Below are positions 20,056 through 29,834 of a stretch of DNA of 64,000 nucleotides, one piece after another. Below the pieces are notes generated by a model. It was not told where the DNA came from, made no database searches, and saw nothing but the letters and a program-made list of their open reading frames with translations. Source of the stretch: Ostreococcus lucimarinus (lineage: Eukaryota). The stretch lies in the NCBI GenBank assembly GCA_000092065.1, contig CP000594.1; one strand, written 5' to 3'. Within the stretch, counting starts at the first letter, position 1, and every line of letters starts with the position of its first letter. The position numbers and the translations under genes are program-made.

Positions 20056-21363
20056 TTAATCGCGACCGGAATCGCGCGCGGCGTTCCGGATTTCGGTGCT
20101 ACTGACGTCGACGCGAAAAGACGGGAGGGCGGCGAAGAGGTCGGCGGCGCGGCGCGCGGCGGCGGCGGCGAGGACGTCGGCGGCGGGGACGAAGGCGCGA
20201 GAGACGCGGTCGACGCGGCCGGCGACGAGGAAATCGCACGCGTTGGCTCGGATTTCGTTGAGGGATTCGTCGAGGGCGGCGTCGGAGCCGGCGTATTTGG
20301 GGTCGAGGAGACGCGCGGCGGTGTCGGCGCCGACGACGAAGGCGGCGCCGGGGGCGGCGCGGGTCTTGTCCACGAAGAGTGGGGTTTTGGTGAGTAAACA
20401 CACCGTGCCGGGGGTGGAGAACTGCTCGAGTCGACGCATGATCTCGTCTATGGAGAGCGTCCCCTTGTCGGCGTTCGTGACGCCGATTTCGTACGCGCCG
20501 AGCGCGCCCGGGGGCTTTGTCGCCGTCGCCGCGGCGAGCAAGTCGCGGTGGCCGTCGTGCAAAGGGTTGAACGACCCACTCAACACGACGTTCGCACGCG
20601 TGGCGCCCACTGCGGTGAGCACGCCCCCCGTGAATTCCAAAATCATCGGCGCCGCGGTGGTGGCACCGCTCGTCGACGAGTCGTCCTCCGCCAACCACCG
20701 CTCGACGACGGCGCGAGCGTCGCTCGCGTTTGCGTACGCCGAATCCTCCATCGTCGTCACCGAAACCTCGTCGAACTCGCGTTCGCTCAGAACTTCTCGC
20801 ACTAAATCTACACCCGCGTCCGCGTCCGCGTCATCGACGCTCCGCCTCGCTTCCTCGTACAGCGCTCGCAACACCAACCGCGACGCGCAGCCCTCCTCGT
20901 CGAACCGCGAGCGCCCGCTCGTCTTCTCCAATCGCATCTCGTACGTCGTCATCCGCCCCAGCGTCTTCGCCGCCACGAAACATCTGTGGTCGCCTCGTTT
21001 GACGACGTCCTCCGTCGTCAGCGCGCACGTCGCGCCGAGGCCCGTCGTCGCTCGCGCGTCGCTCGCCGACGCCGTCGCTCGCGAGCTTCCGTGTCGCACC
21101 GCCCTCGCGTACGCCGCGCTCGCCAGCGCCTCCGCGACTTCCCGCGAGCAGTACGATTCCACGTCATCGTCCGTCGCCCTCCCGAGCGTCTCGAGCGCGC
21201 TCTCGCGCGCGTACGGCACGCGCGCGTCCAATAAAGTGTTCGAGCACCTCGGGACGCTCGTCAGCCACCCGAGCGCGCGCGCCCCGCCGCCCGTGACGTG
21301 CAGCACCGCCCTGACCTTGCTCGCGTGGATCGTCTCCACGATGGCGCGGATTCCGGGCTCCAT
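20056..21363 (-). CDS. Two-domain NAD-salvage-like protein: N-terminal CinA-C/PncC-like (NMN deamidase family) domain fused to C-terminal NadD/NMNAT-like nucleotidyltransferase
   Basis: N-terminus LHVTGGGARALGWLTSVPRCSNTLLDARVPYARESALETLG resembles the CinA C-terminal AESCTGG...VPGSS...V.Y...K..LG block. C-terminus has GSFNPLHDGH (HxGH nucleotidyltransferase motif) and terminal SSTEIR (NadD SxTxxR motif). Confidence 0.55.
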   Translation of the reverse strand: MEPGIRAIVETIHASKVRAVLHVTGGGARALGWLTSVPRCSNTLLDARVPYARESALETLGRATDDDVESYCSREVAEALASAAYARAVRHGSSRATASASDARATTGLGATCALTTEDVVKRGDHRCFVAAKTLGRMTTYEMRLEKTSGRSRFDEEGCASRLVLRALYEEARRSVDDADADAGVDLVREVLSEREFDEVSVTTMEDSAYANASDARAVVERWLAEDDSSTSGATTAAPMILEFTGGVLTAVGATRANVVLSGSFNPLHDGHRDLLAAATATKPPGALGAYEIGVTNADKGTLSIDEIMRRLEQFSTPGTVCLLTKTPLFVDKTRAAPGAAFVVGADTAARLLDPKYAGSDAALDESLNEIRANACDFLVAGRVDRVSRAFVPAADVLAAAAARRAADLFAALPSFRVDVSSTEIRNAARDSGRD

Positions 21364-21519
21364 CGGCGCGCGCGCGACGCGGCGTCGCGCGGTGAAGTGC
21401 GACAGCGCGTCCCGGTCGTTCGTTCAAACGTTCGCGTCACACGTCGACGCGACGACGCGCTCGATCGCGCGCGCGCTCGCGAGCTCGAACGCAGGCGCGC
21501 ATCGCGCGGTCGTCGACGC

Positions 21520-21885
21520 ATGCGCGCGAGGCGAACGGGCGCGGCGGCGGCGAACGAGGACGACGCGCGATTGGCCAAGTATCTCGTCGTGAACGCGGAA
21601 AACGTCGCGCACAACGCGCGAGTGAGCGCGCGAGTGTTCACGTACCTGAGCATCGTGTCCGGAATCGCGATCGGCGCGCTCGGATACACCGGAGTGCGAG
21701 GGTTCGCGGCGCACGGGGTGTTTATGCTGGCGAGCGCGTGCGCGGTGGCGGCGAGCAAGTGCGAGGGACGACCGACGAGTTTCTTTCCGTCCGTCGATAA
21801 GGTGTTCCTGGACGGACCGAACGCTGGATTGCCGACGTTTGTGTTGTTTTGGACGCTGTCGTATAATTGCTGGCACTTGTTTTAG
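21520..21885 (+). CDS. EMC6: ER membrane protein complex subunit 6 (EMC6, Rab5ip family)
   Basis: Two TM segments and C-terminal PTFVLFWTLSYNCWHLF aligning to human EMC6 FTYVLFWTFLYGMVHVY; central GIAIGALGYTGVRGF matches ATAGILGLTGLYGF. Confidence 0.7.
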   Translation: MRARRTGAAAANEDDARLAKYLVVNAENVAHNARVSARVFTYLSIVSGIAIGALGYTGVRGFAAHGVFMLASACAVAASKCEGRPTSFFPSVDKVFLDGPNAGLPTFVLFWTLSYNCWHLF

Positions 21886-21905
21886 ACGGTCGGAGGAGAG
21901 GGATC

Positions 21906-24035
21906 ATGAACACGGCGGCGCTGGTGAAGCGACAGCGGCGACCGGTGACGTATTCGCTTCCGCAGCCCGAGTACGCGAACAAGCACGTCGGTGGGGTGAA
22001 CGCGGTGGACTTGGGAGGAGAGGGATCCGATAGCATATTCACCGGTGGGCGCGATGGGACGGTTCGGATGTGGGATCTGTCGGCGGGGATGCCAGCGTGC
22101 GCGCGGCGGTTTGAAGGTCACGGCGGGTGGGTGAACGACGTCGCGAGAGTGTCGAGCACACATTTGGCGAGCGCTTCTAGCGATCACACCGTGCGGCTGT
22201 GGGATATAAGTGAAGGATCGATGTCGTCGTCTTGCGCGGTGGCTTTGCAGGGACACACAGATTACGTCATGGCGTTGGCGTGCGCGTCGGAACGCTTGGA
22301 AGGAAAGTTTGCTTCGGGCGGGCTCAATCGCGAGATTTTCTTGTGGGACATCGAGCGATGTCTCGCGATCAATGCCGCGCCGTCGTATCTAAGCGTGAAG
22401 AATGATGGATGCGTCACCGCGCTGGGGGGCTCGAAGGAGTCCATCTACGCTTTGGGTATGGATGGGACTGGAAACTTGCTCGTCTCCGGCGGTACCGAGC
22501 TCGCGCTTCGCGTGTGGGACACGCGGAGCGCTCAAAAGGAAGGCAAACTCAAGGGACACACAGACAATGTTCGAGCAATCGTCGTCGACACGGATGGTAA
22601 AAAGTGCGTCACAGCGTCGAGCGATAGAACGATTCGTGTTTGGGACATTGGCGAGCAGCGATGCGTGCAGACGTTTGCGGGCATGCACACCGGGTCAATT
22701 TGGGCGCTCGCGTGCAACCGCGATTTCACTCGTGTATACTCGGGAGGTATCGATGCCCGGATATGCGTCACGTCGTTGCGTGATAGGAAAAGTAGTTTAG
22801 TCGCGAACGAATCGGCGGCTATTTTAAAGCTGCGCCTAGACGAGTCAACGCGCGCGAGCGGTTTCGCCGCGCACTCGTCGGACGGCGACTTGTGGACCGC
22901 CACTGCGTCGCGGTCGATCAAGCGCTGGCCGACGATCATCCCGGGCGAAGATGGCTCATCAGCGAACGTAGAAGACTCTCATGGAACGCCGACGAGCACC
23001 TCGTTCTCGCGTCGCGCCGCTGGATCGAGTCTTTTGCGGCAGCCGGGAACGTGGTTCGACGTCGGTTCGCCCGGGGCATTTTCGTTCGGCGGCACGACGC
23101 CGCGAAAGTTCGATAACTGGGGCGATCCGCACGATCGTGAGCCCCAGGACTTAGTGCCGTCGATGGAGATTATCGGTGTGAGCCCGATCGTTCGTCACAG
23201 CGTGCTGAAGAACAAGATGGAGGTGTTGACGCAAGACTCCATGGGTGCCATCGCGCTGTGGGACGTGTCGCGATCGACCCCAATACGCACGTTCGACGGC
23301 GTCACCGATGGATCAGACTTCGAAATTTTACTCGAAAATGAAAGTTTGAATCCAGATGTCGTCGTTCCATCGTGGTTTACCTGCAACACTCGTAGTGGTT
23401 CGCTCGCCATCACGCTCTCGCCAAGTTCGGCGTTCAACGCCGAGGCGTACGCGAGCGATCTGGGTATCGCTGACGCCGCGCCGGACGAGCGAAGAAATTT
23501 AGGTGTCGAAATCATTCGACTATTGATGGATGAGTGGGTAGAAAAATTTACGTCGTCGAAACCTCCGCGATCAACGAAACGGGCGTTCGCCGAGCCGCTC
23601 CCGAGCGAGTGTGCGGTTTCGTTCGCGCACCCCATCGACGACAGCGGTCGCGTGTGCGTCAAGATTCGCGAAGACTTCTCGGGCACACCCACCGAGCGTG
23701 AGTTGCTTCCCAAATGGTTCGCCGATCACGCCCTGAATCAAGCGCCCGAGCCGGAATCTCCAAAGATCAGTTTCCGCCTCGCCCCTCGCGCAGGCTCGGG
23801 TCTCGCTGAAATTTCCCCCGCGAGCGTCTCGGCGCCCAAGATTCTCGGCGCTCAGAAGATTCGCGAATACATCGCACAGAAGTTAGACGAAACAGATGGC
23901 GGAACGAGCACCGATGCCAGCGCGCTCGCGCTCTGGTGCGCCGGCCAACCCGTGCCGTCGTCGGCCACGCTCGCCGCCGCGCTCGCGCGCGTCTGGAAAA
24001 AATCGCCCCCGATCGAGCTCGAGTACTCCAACTAG
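21906..24035 (+). CDS. WDR48: WD40-repeat protein WDR48/UAF1 orthologue (deubiquitinase-activating factor)
   Basis: Block-by-block match to human WDR48: GVNAVDL, FTGGRDGTVRMW, HGGWVNDV, ASASSDHTVRLW, HTDYVMALA, LNREIFLWD, KESIYALGM, VSGGTELALRVWDTR, KLKGHTDNVRAIVV, SSDRTIRVWDIGEQRC, FTRVYSGGID, SWFTCNTRSGSLAITL. Confidence 0.85.
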   Translation: MNTAALVKRQRRPVTYSLPQPEYANKHVGGVNAVDLGGEGSDSIFTGGRDGTVRMWDLSAGMPACARRFEGHGGWVNDVARVSSTHLASASSDHTVRLWDISEGSMSSSCAVALQGHTDYVMALACASERLEGKFASGGLNREIFLWDIERCLAINAAPSYLSVKNDGCVTALGGSKESIYALGMDGTGNLLVSGGTELALRVWDTRSAQKEGKLKGHTDNVRAIVVDTDGKKCVTASSDRTIRVWDIGEQRCVQTFAGMHTGSIWALACNRDFTRVYSGGIDARICVTSLRDRKSSLVANESAAILKLRLDESTRASGFAAHSSDGDLWTATASRSIKRWPTIIPGEDGSSANVEDSHGTPTSTSFSRRAAGSSLLRQPGTWFDVGSPGAFSFGGTTPRKFDNWGDPHDREPQDLVPSMEIIGVSPIVRHSVLKNKMEVLTQDSMGAIALWDVSRSTPIRTFDGVTDGSDFEILLENESLNPDVVVPSWFTCNTRSGSLAITLSPSSAFNAEAYASDLGIADAAPDERRNLGVEIIRLLMDEWVEKFTSSKPPRSTKRAFAEPLPSECAVSFAHPIDDSGRVCVKIREDFSGTPTERELLPKWFADHALNQAPEPESPKISFRLAPRAGSGLAEISPASVSAPKILGAQKIREYIAQKLDETDGGTSTDASALALWCAGQPVPSSATLAAALARVWKKSPPIELEYSN

Positions 24036-24078
24036 CCGCGATCGCAACGTTCATCGTCGCGCCTGTTGTCATCTCCAC

Positions 24079-24087
24079 AAAAAAAAA
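24079..24087 (-). terminator. Pol III oligo-T terminator immediately 3' of tRNA-Ser
   Basis: Run of 9 T on the tRNA strand starting 3 nt after the discriminator base. Confidence 0.5.
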
Positions 24088-24089
24088 TT

Positions 24090-24171
24090 CGCATTCGGCA
24101 GGATTTGAACCTACGCACGGAGACCGTATTCGATTTCTAGTCGAACCCCTTAACCACTCGGGCACGAATGC
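24090..24171 (-). tRNA. tRNA-Ser (anticodon AGA), class II with long variable arm
   Basis: Minus-strand sequence GCATTCG TG CCCGAGTGGTTAAGGGG TTCGA CTAGAAA TCGAA TACGGTCTCCGTGC GTAGG TTCAAAT CCTGC CGAATGC G folds as a cloverleaf (7-bp acceptor, 5-bp anticodon stem with AGA, T-loop TTCAAAT) and matches eukaryotic tRNA-Ser-AGA almost throughout. Coordinates derived from the overlapping ORF frame; +/-2 nt. Confidence 0.85.
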
Positions 24172-24977
24172 TCGTCGCGGACGCCGCGCGCTTCGACACA
24201 TGGTCAAATCACACATTAAATACGTCGCACACACACCTAAAAAAACATAAACTTCAATCTCAGACCCCCGACGCGATCGCGCGACGCGTGTTACAGGTTT
24301 TTCCCGATCCCCCTCGATCGCGCGCCGACGTCACGCGATCGCGTCGCCGCGCGGTCGATCGATCGCCGATCGCCGTCGTCGAACCTCGCCGCGTCGATCG
24401 ATGATCACGCGCGGACGATGCGGTGAGGTTCGACGCCCGCGCGGGCGCGTCGATCGCGAATATTCTCGAGACGTCGGGCCGCCGCGCGCACTTTACTTTA
24501 CGTCGCGTGGTCGAACGACACACAGCAGGTGCGCGAGCGATGCGAGCGCGCGTGACCGAGACGCGCGCGCGCGGGAAATATTCCGCCGCGCGTTCGCGCG
24601 CGCGGAGGCGCGGCGCGGCGCGGGATCGGGGCGAACGGACGCGCGATGGGACGCGCGCGCGATGATGATCCGTCCGCGGCGGCGGGTTATCTTGACGCGT
24701 GGCGTCGCGCGCGACGCGAATATGTCGGGGCTCGCGCGGTAATACCGCGCGGGAAATCGCGTGCGTCGATCCTGCGCGTCCGTGGGGGATGTCGCGGCGC
24801 GATCGCGCGGTGGGATGGGAAGATGTTGAAGATCTTGGATTTTTGGGACGAGGCGCGGGTGACGGCGCGCGGCGGCGCGGACGTCGAGGCGAAACGAACG
24901 AACCGGAAGACTGACGACGGCGAACGCGCTGAAAACGAGCAGTAAACCGCACATCAACACACTCCACAGACATAAAT

Positions 24978-26141
24978 ATGGGATTTCTTTTCACTTCCGA
25001 ATCCGTGAACGAGGGTCACCCGGATAAGCTCGCGGATCAAATCTCCGACGGCATCTTGGATGCGTGCCTCGCGCAAGATCCGGATTCCAAGGTTGCGTGC
25101 GAGACCGCGACGAAGACCAACATGGTGATGGTTTTCGGTGAAATCACGACCAAGGCCAAGGTTGACTACGAAGCCGTCGTGCGCCAAGTGTGCCGCGACG
25201 TCGGTTTCATCTCTGATGAAACCGGCTTGGACGGTAACAAGTGCCGCGTGCTCGTCGAGTTGCACGACCAATCCCCGGACATTGGTCAAGGTGTGCACGG
25301 TATGGGCACCAAGTCCGATGAAGACATCGGTGCGGGTGACCAAGGTCACATGTTTGGCTACGCCACGGATGAAACTCCGGAACTCATGCCGTTGACGCAC
25401 GTTTTGGCCACCAAGCTCGGTCACCGCCTCACCGTCGTCCGCAAGGATGGTACGTGCCCGTGGGTGCTCCCGGATGGTAAGACGCAAGTCACCATCGAGT
25501 ACGAAAACGAAGGCGGCGCCATGGTGCCGAAGCGCGTGCACACCATCTTGATCTCCACCCAACACATCGAGGGCGTGACGAACGAGAAGATCGCCGAGGA
25601 TCTCATGAACGAAGTCATCAAGAAGGTTGTCCCGGAAAAGTACTTGGACGCCGACACCATCTTCCACTTGAACCCGTCTGGACGTTTCGTCATCGGTGGC
25701 CCGCACGGTGACGCCGGTTTGACCGGTCGTAAGATTATCATCGACACCTACGGTGGCTGGGGCGCGCACGGCGGTGGCGCCTTCTCCGGTAAGGACCCGA
25801 CCAAGGTCGACCGCTCTGGCGCGTACATCTCCCGCCAAGCGGCCAAGTCCGTCGTCGCCGCGGGTCTCGCGCGCCGATGCTTGTTCCAAATCTCCTACGC
25901 CATCGGCGTCGCCGAGCCGTTGTCCGTGCACGTCGACACCTACGGCACCGGTAAGATTCCGGATTCCGAAATCCTCGCCAAGGTCAAGGCCGCGTTCGAT
26001 TTCCGTCCGGGCATGATGGGCAAGGCGCTCGACCTCAAGCGCGGCGGTAACAAGCGTTACCAAACCACCGCCGCCTACGGTCACTTCGGCCGCGATGAAG
26101 ACCTCGACATCTTCACCTGGGAAAAGGTCGTCCCGCTCTAA
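24978..26141 (+). CDS. METK: S-adenosylmethionine synthetase (methionine adenosyltransferase)
   Basis: [64 protein letters not shown]: canonical MAT signatures over the full length. Confidence 0.95.
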   Translation: MGFLFTSESVNEGHPDKLADQISDGILDACLAQDPDSKVACETATKTNMVMVFGEITTKAKVDYEAVVRQVCRDVGFISDETGLDGNKCRVLVELHDQSPDIGQGVHGMGTKSDEDIGAGDQGHMFGYATDETPELMPLTHVLATKLGHRLTVVRKDGTCPWVLPDGKTQVTIEYENEGGAMVPKRVHTILISTQHIEGVTNEKIAEDLMNEVIKKVVPEKYLDADTIFHLNPSGRFVIGGPHGDAGLTGRKIIIDTYGGWGAHGGGAFSGKDPTKVDRSGAYISRQAAKSVVAAGLARRCLFQISYAIGVAEPLSVHVDTYGTGKIPDSEILAKVKAAFDFRPGMMGKALDLKRGGNKRYQTTAAYGHFGRDEDLDIFTWEKVVPL

Positions 26142-26398
26142 GATAAAGTAACGAAGCCGTCGGCGCGGCGCGTCTCCTCGCGCGCGGCGTCGTCCCGACC
26201 CCGCGCGCGCGTCGTCCCCGCGCCGCACACGTTTGTCAAATTTTTAGACGGCGAGCATTTCGCTGTCCGACGGAACAGTCGGAATCATCACTAGACGAGT
26301 CGTAAGGATATTATTACGTTGTGAGGAGAGCCACCGTATAGAGCACTCGCGCCTTCGCGCATTCATGCATTCGCTCGCGTCACGCCGCGCCTCGGGCG

Positions 26399-27193
26399 AT
26401 GCCCGCGCGCGCGTCCGCGCCGCCTCGTCCCGCCGCGCGCGCGCGTCGCCCTCGCGCGCCGCGCCGCGCGTCGCGCGTCCCGCGCGCGTCCCCCCTCGAC
26501 CGCATCGATCCCGCCGCCGTCGTCGCCCGCCTCGCCGAGGCCGCGCTCGCCTCGCCGCTCGTCCTCAAGCGCTGCGACGACGTCCGCGTCGTCGTCGACG
26601 CCGACCTCGCGCGCGCGCTCGCGCTCGGCGAGCTCGGCGGCGCGCGCGTGCGCGGCCGCGGCTGGTCGAGCCCGCGCGACTTGACCGCGCGCGACGTCGA
26701 GCTCGTCGCGCGCGACGTCCGCGTCGACTGGAGCGCGGCGATGGCGATGCGAGGGGTGGTGCTCACGCGACCGGCGCGCGGCGAGGCGCGCCTGACGCTC
26801 GACGGGAGGGATTTCGAGAATTTCTTGAGGCACCCGCTGGCGAGACGCGCGGCGCGCGACGAAGCGTTCGAGTTCGAGCGAGGCGACGTCGCGAGCGACG
26901 ACGACGACGGGTACCTGGAGTGCGACGTGGTGATGCGAGACGGCGGCGCGCGGCGAACGGTGCGAATGCGACCGGGAGAGGGATCGACGGTTCGCGCGAC
27001 GTCGCGCGGCGACGGGGACGAGACGCTCGAGCGCGCGTTGGAGACGTTTTTCGAGCGACTCGTCCTCGATTTAGACGGCACGGAGCTGCGGTATCGCGAC
27101 ATGACGATCGACGCGCGCGCGACGGCGCCGACGGTGACGTTCGAGCTCGATCTGTGCGTCAAAAGGTTTCCGTCGCCCGGGATACGGTTTTAG
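26399..27193 (+). CDS. Hypothetical protein (264 aa), no recognisable domain; Arg/Ala/Pro-rich N-terminal presequence
   Basis: Balanced composition over about 200 aa (DGRDFENFLRHPL..., ETLERALETFFERLVLDLDGTELRY...) unlike the overlapping Arg-only artefact ORFs. Confidence 0.3.
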   Translation: MPARASAPPRPAARARRPRAPRRASRVPRASPLDRIDPAAVVARLAEAALASPLVLKRCDDVRVVVDADLARALALGELGGARVRGRGWSSPRDLTARDVELVARDVRVDWSAAMAMRGVVLTRPARGEARLTLDGRDFENFLRHPLARRAARDEAFEFERGDVASDDDDGYLECDVVMRDGGARRTVRMRPGEGSTVRATSRGDGDETLERALETFFERLVLDLDGTELRYRDMTIDARATAPTVTFELDLCVKRFPSPGIRF

Positions 27194-27749
27194 CTCGCGT
27201 TCTCTCGCTCGCGCGCGAGACGCGCGCCTCTAATTCTAGCTCTACACATCTAGTTCGCGTTTTCCGGCGCCCGCGTTCGCCTCGACGCCTCCCTCGTCAC
27301 CGCCCGCATCGCGCTCGGCGGCCACAGCACCGCGGCGATCCGTCCTCGAAGCGCCCCCGTCGGCGTCTCGCCCGCGTCGCCGTCGTCTCGCGCGTCGCGT
27401 CCTCGCCATCCCGCGTCCGCTCGCAGCGCGCACGTCCCTCGCGAGGGCCCTCGCACGGCGTCGACGCGCTGAATCACGATGCCGTCGCCGTCGCGCGCGC
27501 GCACGGCGACGACGTCTCCCGCGTCGATCGCGCCGCGCGCGACGCTCGCGCGGTCGCACCACACCACCACCGCCTCGAACGCGTCGCGCGCGTCGCTCGA
27601 CGCGCTCGCGCGCCGCGCGAGCGCGCGCTCGGGCGCGCCGACGCGGTCGCCGACGACGGCGCCGAGCGCGAGCGCGAGCGCGCCGTCGCGCGCGACGCGC
27701 CGAAGCGTCATGCTCTGCCGCGCCGTCCCGGTCGCACTTCGCGACGCGC

Positions 27750-29018
27750 ATGCGCGACGCGCGGCGCCGCGCGCGCGCGCCGCGCGCGCGAATCGTCGCG
27801 GCGCTCGCGCTCGCGCTCGTCGCGGCGCGCGCGCGCGCGGGACGCGCGCGCGAGGCGACGGGACGCGCGAACGATGGCGACGACGTCGCGGCGCTGCGCG
27901 ACGCGCTGCCGAGCGACGGCGCGACGCTGAGCGAACTGTTCAGGTGGTCGATCGAGGCGGGACACCCGCGCGCGTCGAGCGACGCCGACGATCGGGCGCG
28001 CGGCGACGCGGGTCGGGCGGAGGGTTGGCGCGCGAGGGCGCGCGCGGCGCTCGCGCGAGCGACGGGACGACGCGACGACGGCGCGAGCGCGGTCGACGCG
28101 ATCGACGACGACGAGGGCGCGGAAGCGGAAGCGGGACGGTCGAAGACGGTGGATTCGATCGAGTCGAGGAAGAGGGAGGTGCGGGAGGCGCTGGACGCGA
28201 TGGCGGCGGCGCCGAGTCCGCACGCGCTCGCGCGAGAGTGCGGCGAAGTGGTGAGGGACGCGCGTAAGAATGAAACCAAGGCGCGAAGGGTGCGCGCGCT
28301 GGAGATTTTGTACGATTTGGTGGCGCCGATCGAGTTGGCGAACGATTTGGATAAGCTCGGGGTGGCGGAGGCGCTGATCGGGGCGCTGAGGGACGAGGAC
28401 GAGGACGTGGCGAGCGCGGCGGCGAGCGCGCTCGCGGCGGCGGCGTCGAATAACGTCGTCGTGCAGGGGATCATTCACGAGAGACGAGGGTTCGATGCGC
28501 TTTTAGAGCTCGTGTCGTCGCCCGCGACGCCCGCGGAGGTGCGTCATAAGTCGTTGTGGGTGCTCGGGATGTGCGCGCGGACGCACGAGGCGTCGCGCGC
28601 CGACTTTTTCGCCGCGGGCGGCGCCGGCGTGTTGGCTGATATTTTGTCTCCGAAAACGCCGGTCAAGACGCGCACGCGCGCGATGGTCTTATTCGGCGAC
28701 TTAGTTCTCATCGACGGCGTCGCGGACGCGATGTTTGCCGACGTAAAAGTCGCGAAATCCTTACTCGAGGACGTCGTCGCGAGCGCGCTCGACGCCGACG
28801 CCTCGCTCGACGCGCGCGAGAAAGCGATCGGCGCGCTTCTCGCCGCGCGCGAGCGCGGCCCTGAGATCGTGCGACATACGCTCGACGGATTCAAGCGCGA
28901 TCTCTCGACGCTCGCCGACGCGTTCGACGCCGCGGCAAAGGCGGAGGACGACGACTCCGCCGCCGACATCAGTCGTCTCGCGCGCGCGTTGAGCGTCTCG
29001 CCAAGGGTTGAATTGTAG
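27750..29018 (+). CDS. Hsp70 nucleotide-exchange factor of the Fes1/HspBP1/SIL1 family (armadillo-like), with N-terminal signal peptide (SIL1-like, ER)
   Basis: Hydrophobic signal IVAALALALVAARARAG, Fes1-N motif LSELFRWSIEAG, then ARM-like helical repeats (ILYDLVAPIELANDLDKLGV..., NVVVQGIIHERRGFDALLELV...). Confidence 0.55.
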   Translation: MRDARRRARAPRARIVAALALALVAARARAGRAREATGRANDGDDVAALRDALPSDGATLSELFRWSIEAGHPRASSDADDRARGDAGRAEGWRARARAALARATGRRDDGASAVDAIDDDEGAEAEAGRSKTVDSIESRKREVREALDAMAAAPSPHALARECGEVVRDARKNETKARRVRALEILYDLVAPIELANDLDKLGVAEALIGALRDEDEDVASAAASALAAAASNNVVVQGIIHERRGFDALLELVSSPATPAEVRHKSLWVLGMCARTHEASRADFFAAGGAGVLADILSPKTPVKTRTRAMVLFGDLVLIDGVADAMFADVKVAKSLLEDVVASALDADASLDAREKAIGALLAARERGPEIVRHTLDGFKRDLSTLADAFDAAAKAEDDDSAADISRLARALSVSPRVEL

Positions 29019-29164
29019 CGCGCGCGCGTTGAAATAGCATCCTCGTTCGTTGGTCATGTGGACTTCTTCATCATCACATTTCTACTAGTGTTAGATGGCG
29101 CCTCGCTCGCGTCGTCGATCTCGAAAGACCGCCTCCGCTCGCGCGCGCTCGCGCCTCGCCCCGC

Positions 29165-29474
29165 TCAGATGCGGTCGCGCGGCCCGACGACGGCCGGTTG
29201 CTGCGGGCCGACCGTGATCGGAAGCTTGGCGTCCTTCGCCCCCTTCACGCCGTACCCGACGGTCAACAAACCCGCGGAAACGGCCAAGAGCGAGTACACG
29301 GCCTCGCGTCGGCCCAAGCCTTGCGCCGCGTATTCGAAAAACGCCGCCTGTTGATCCGGGTATCGGCTCGACGCGTCGACGCCGTAGACGTCCCACGACC
29401 CCGTCGTCGCCTCGACGTCGGACAGATCGAAGTACACCGACTCATCGCCGTACTTCGCGTTCGTCTTCATCGCG
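29165..29474 (-). CDS. PSAH: Photosystem I subunit VI (PsaH) exon 2 (mature protein)
   Basis: KYGDESVYFDLSDVEATTGSWDVYGVDASSRYPDQQAAFFEYAA...LPITVGPQQPAVVGPRDRI aligns with plant PsaH. Preceded by AG acceptor (TGCAG|C). Confidence 0.8.
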
Positions 29475-29834
29475 CTGCATCGTTCGCAAACCACCGCGCG
29501 CGCCGTCAGTCCCTCGTCCCGCCGTCTCGCCCTCGCGCCCCGCTCGCTATCCGTCCCGATCGCGCCCCTCGCGCGCGTCTCCGCCCCTTTTCCGAACCCT
29601 CGTCGCCGCTCGCGCCGCGTCCCGCTCGCGTCGCGCGCGCGCGTCCTGGAGCGCGTCTCGCGCCCCTCGCACGCCCATCGTTCGCTCGCGTCGCGCGTCG
29701 TCGCGCGTCGCGTCGTCGTCCCGCGTCGCTCGAGATACGATCGCGATTCGCCCCTCGCGCGCCGCGCGTCGTTCGCGCGCGATCGCGCGTCGCGTCGCGT
29801 CACGCGCGGTCGATCGCGACGTCGCGGCACGCAC
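29475..29834 (-). other. psaH intron (360 nt), GTGCGT donor ... TGCAG acceptor
   Basis: Reconstructed from frame arithmetic on the ORF track; restores a plausible plastid transit peptide in frame. Confidence 0.55.
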
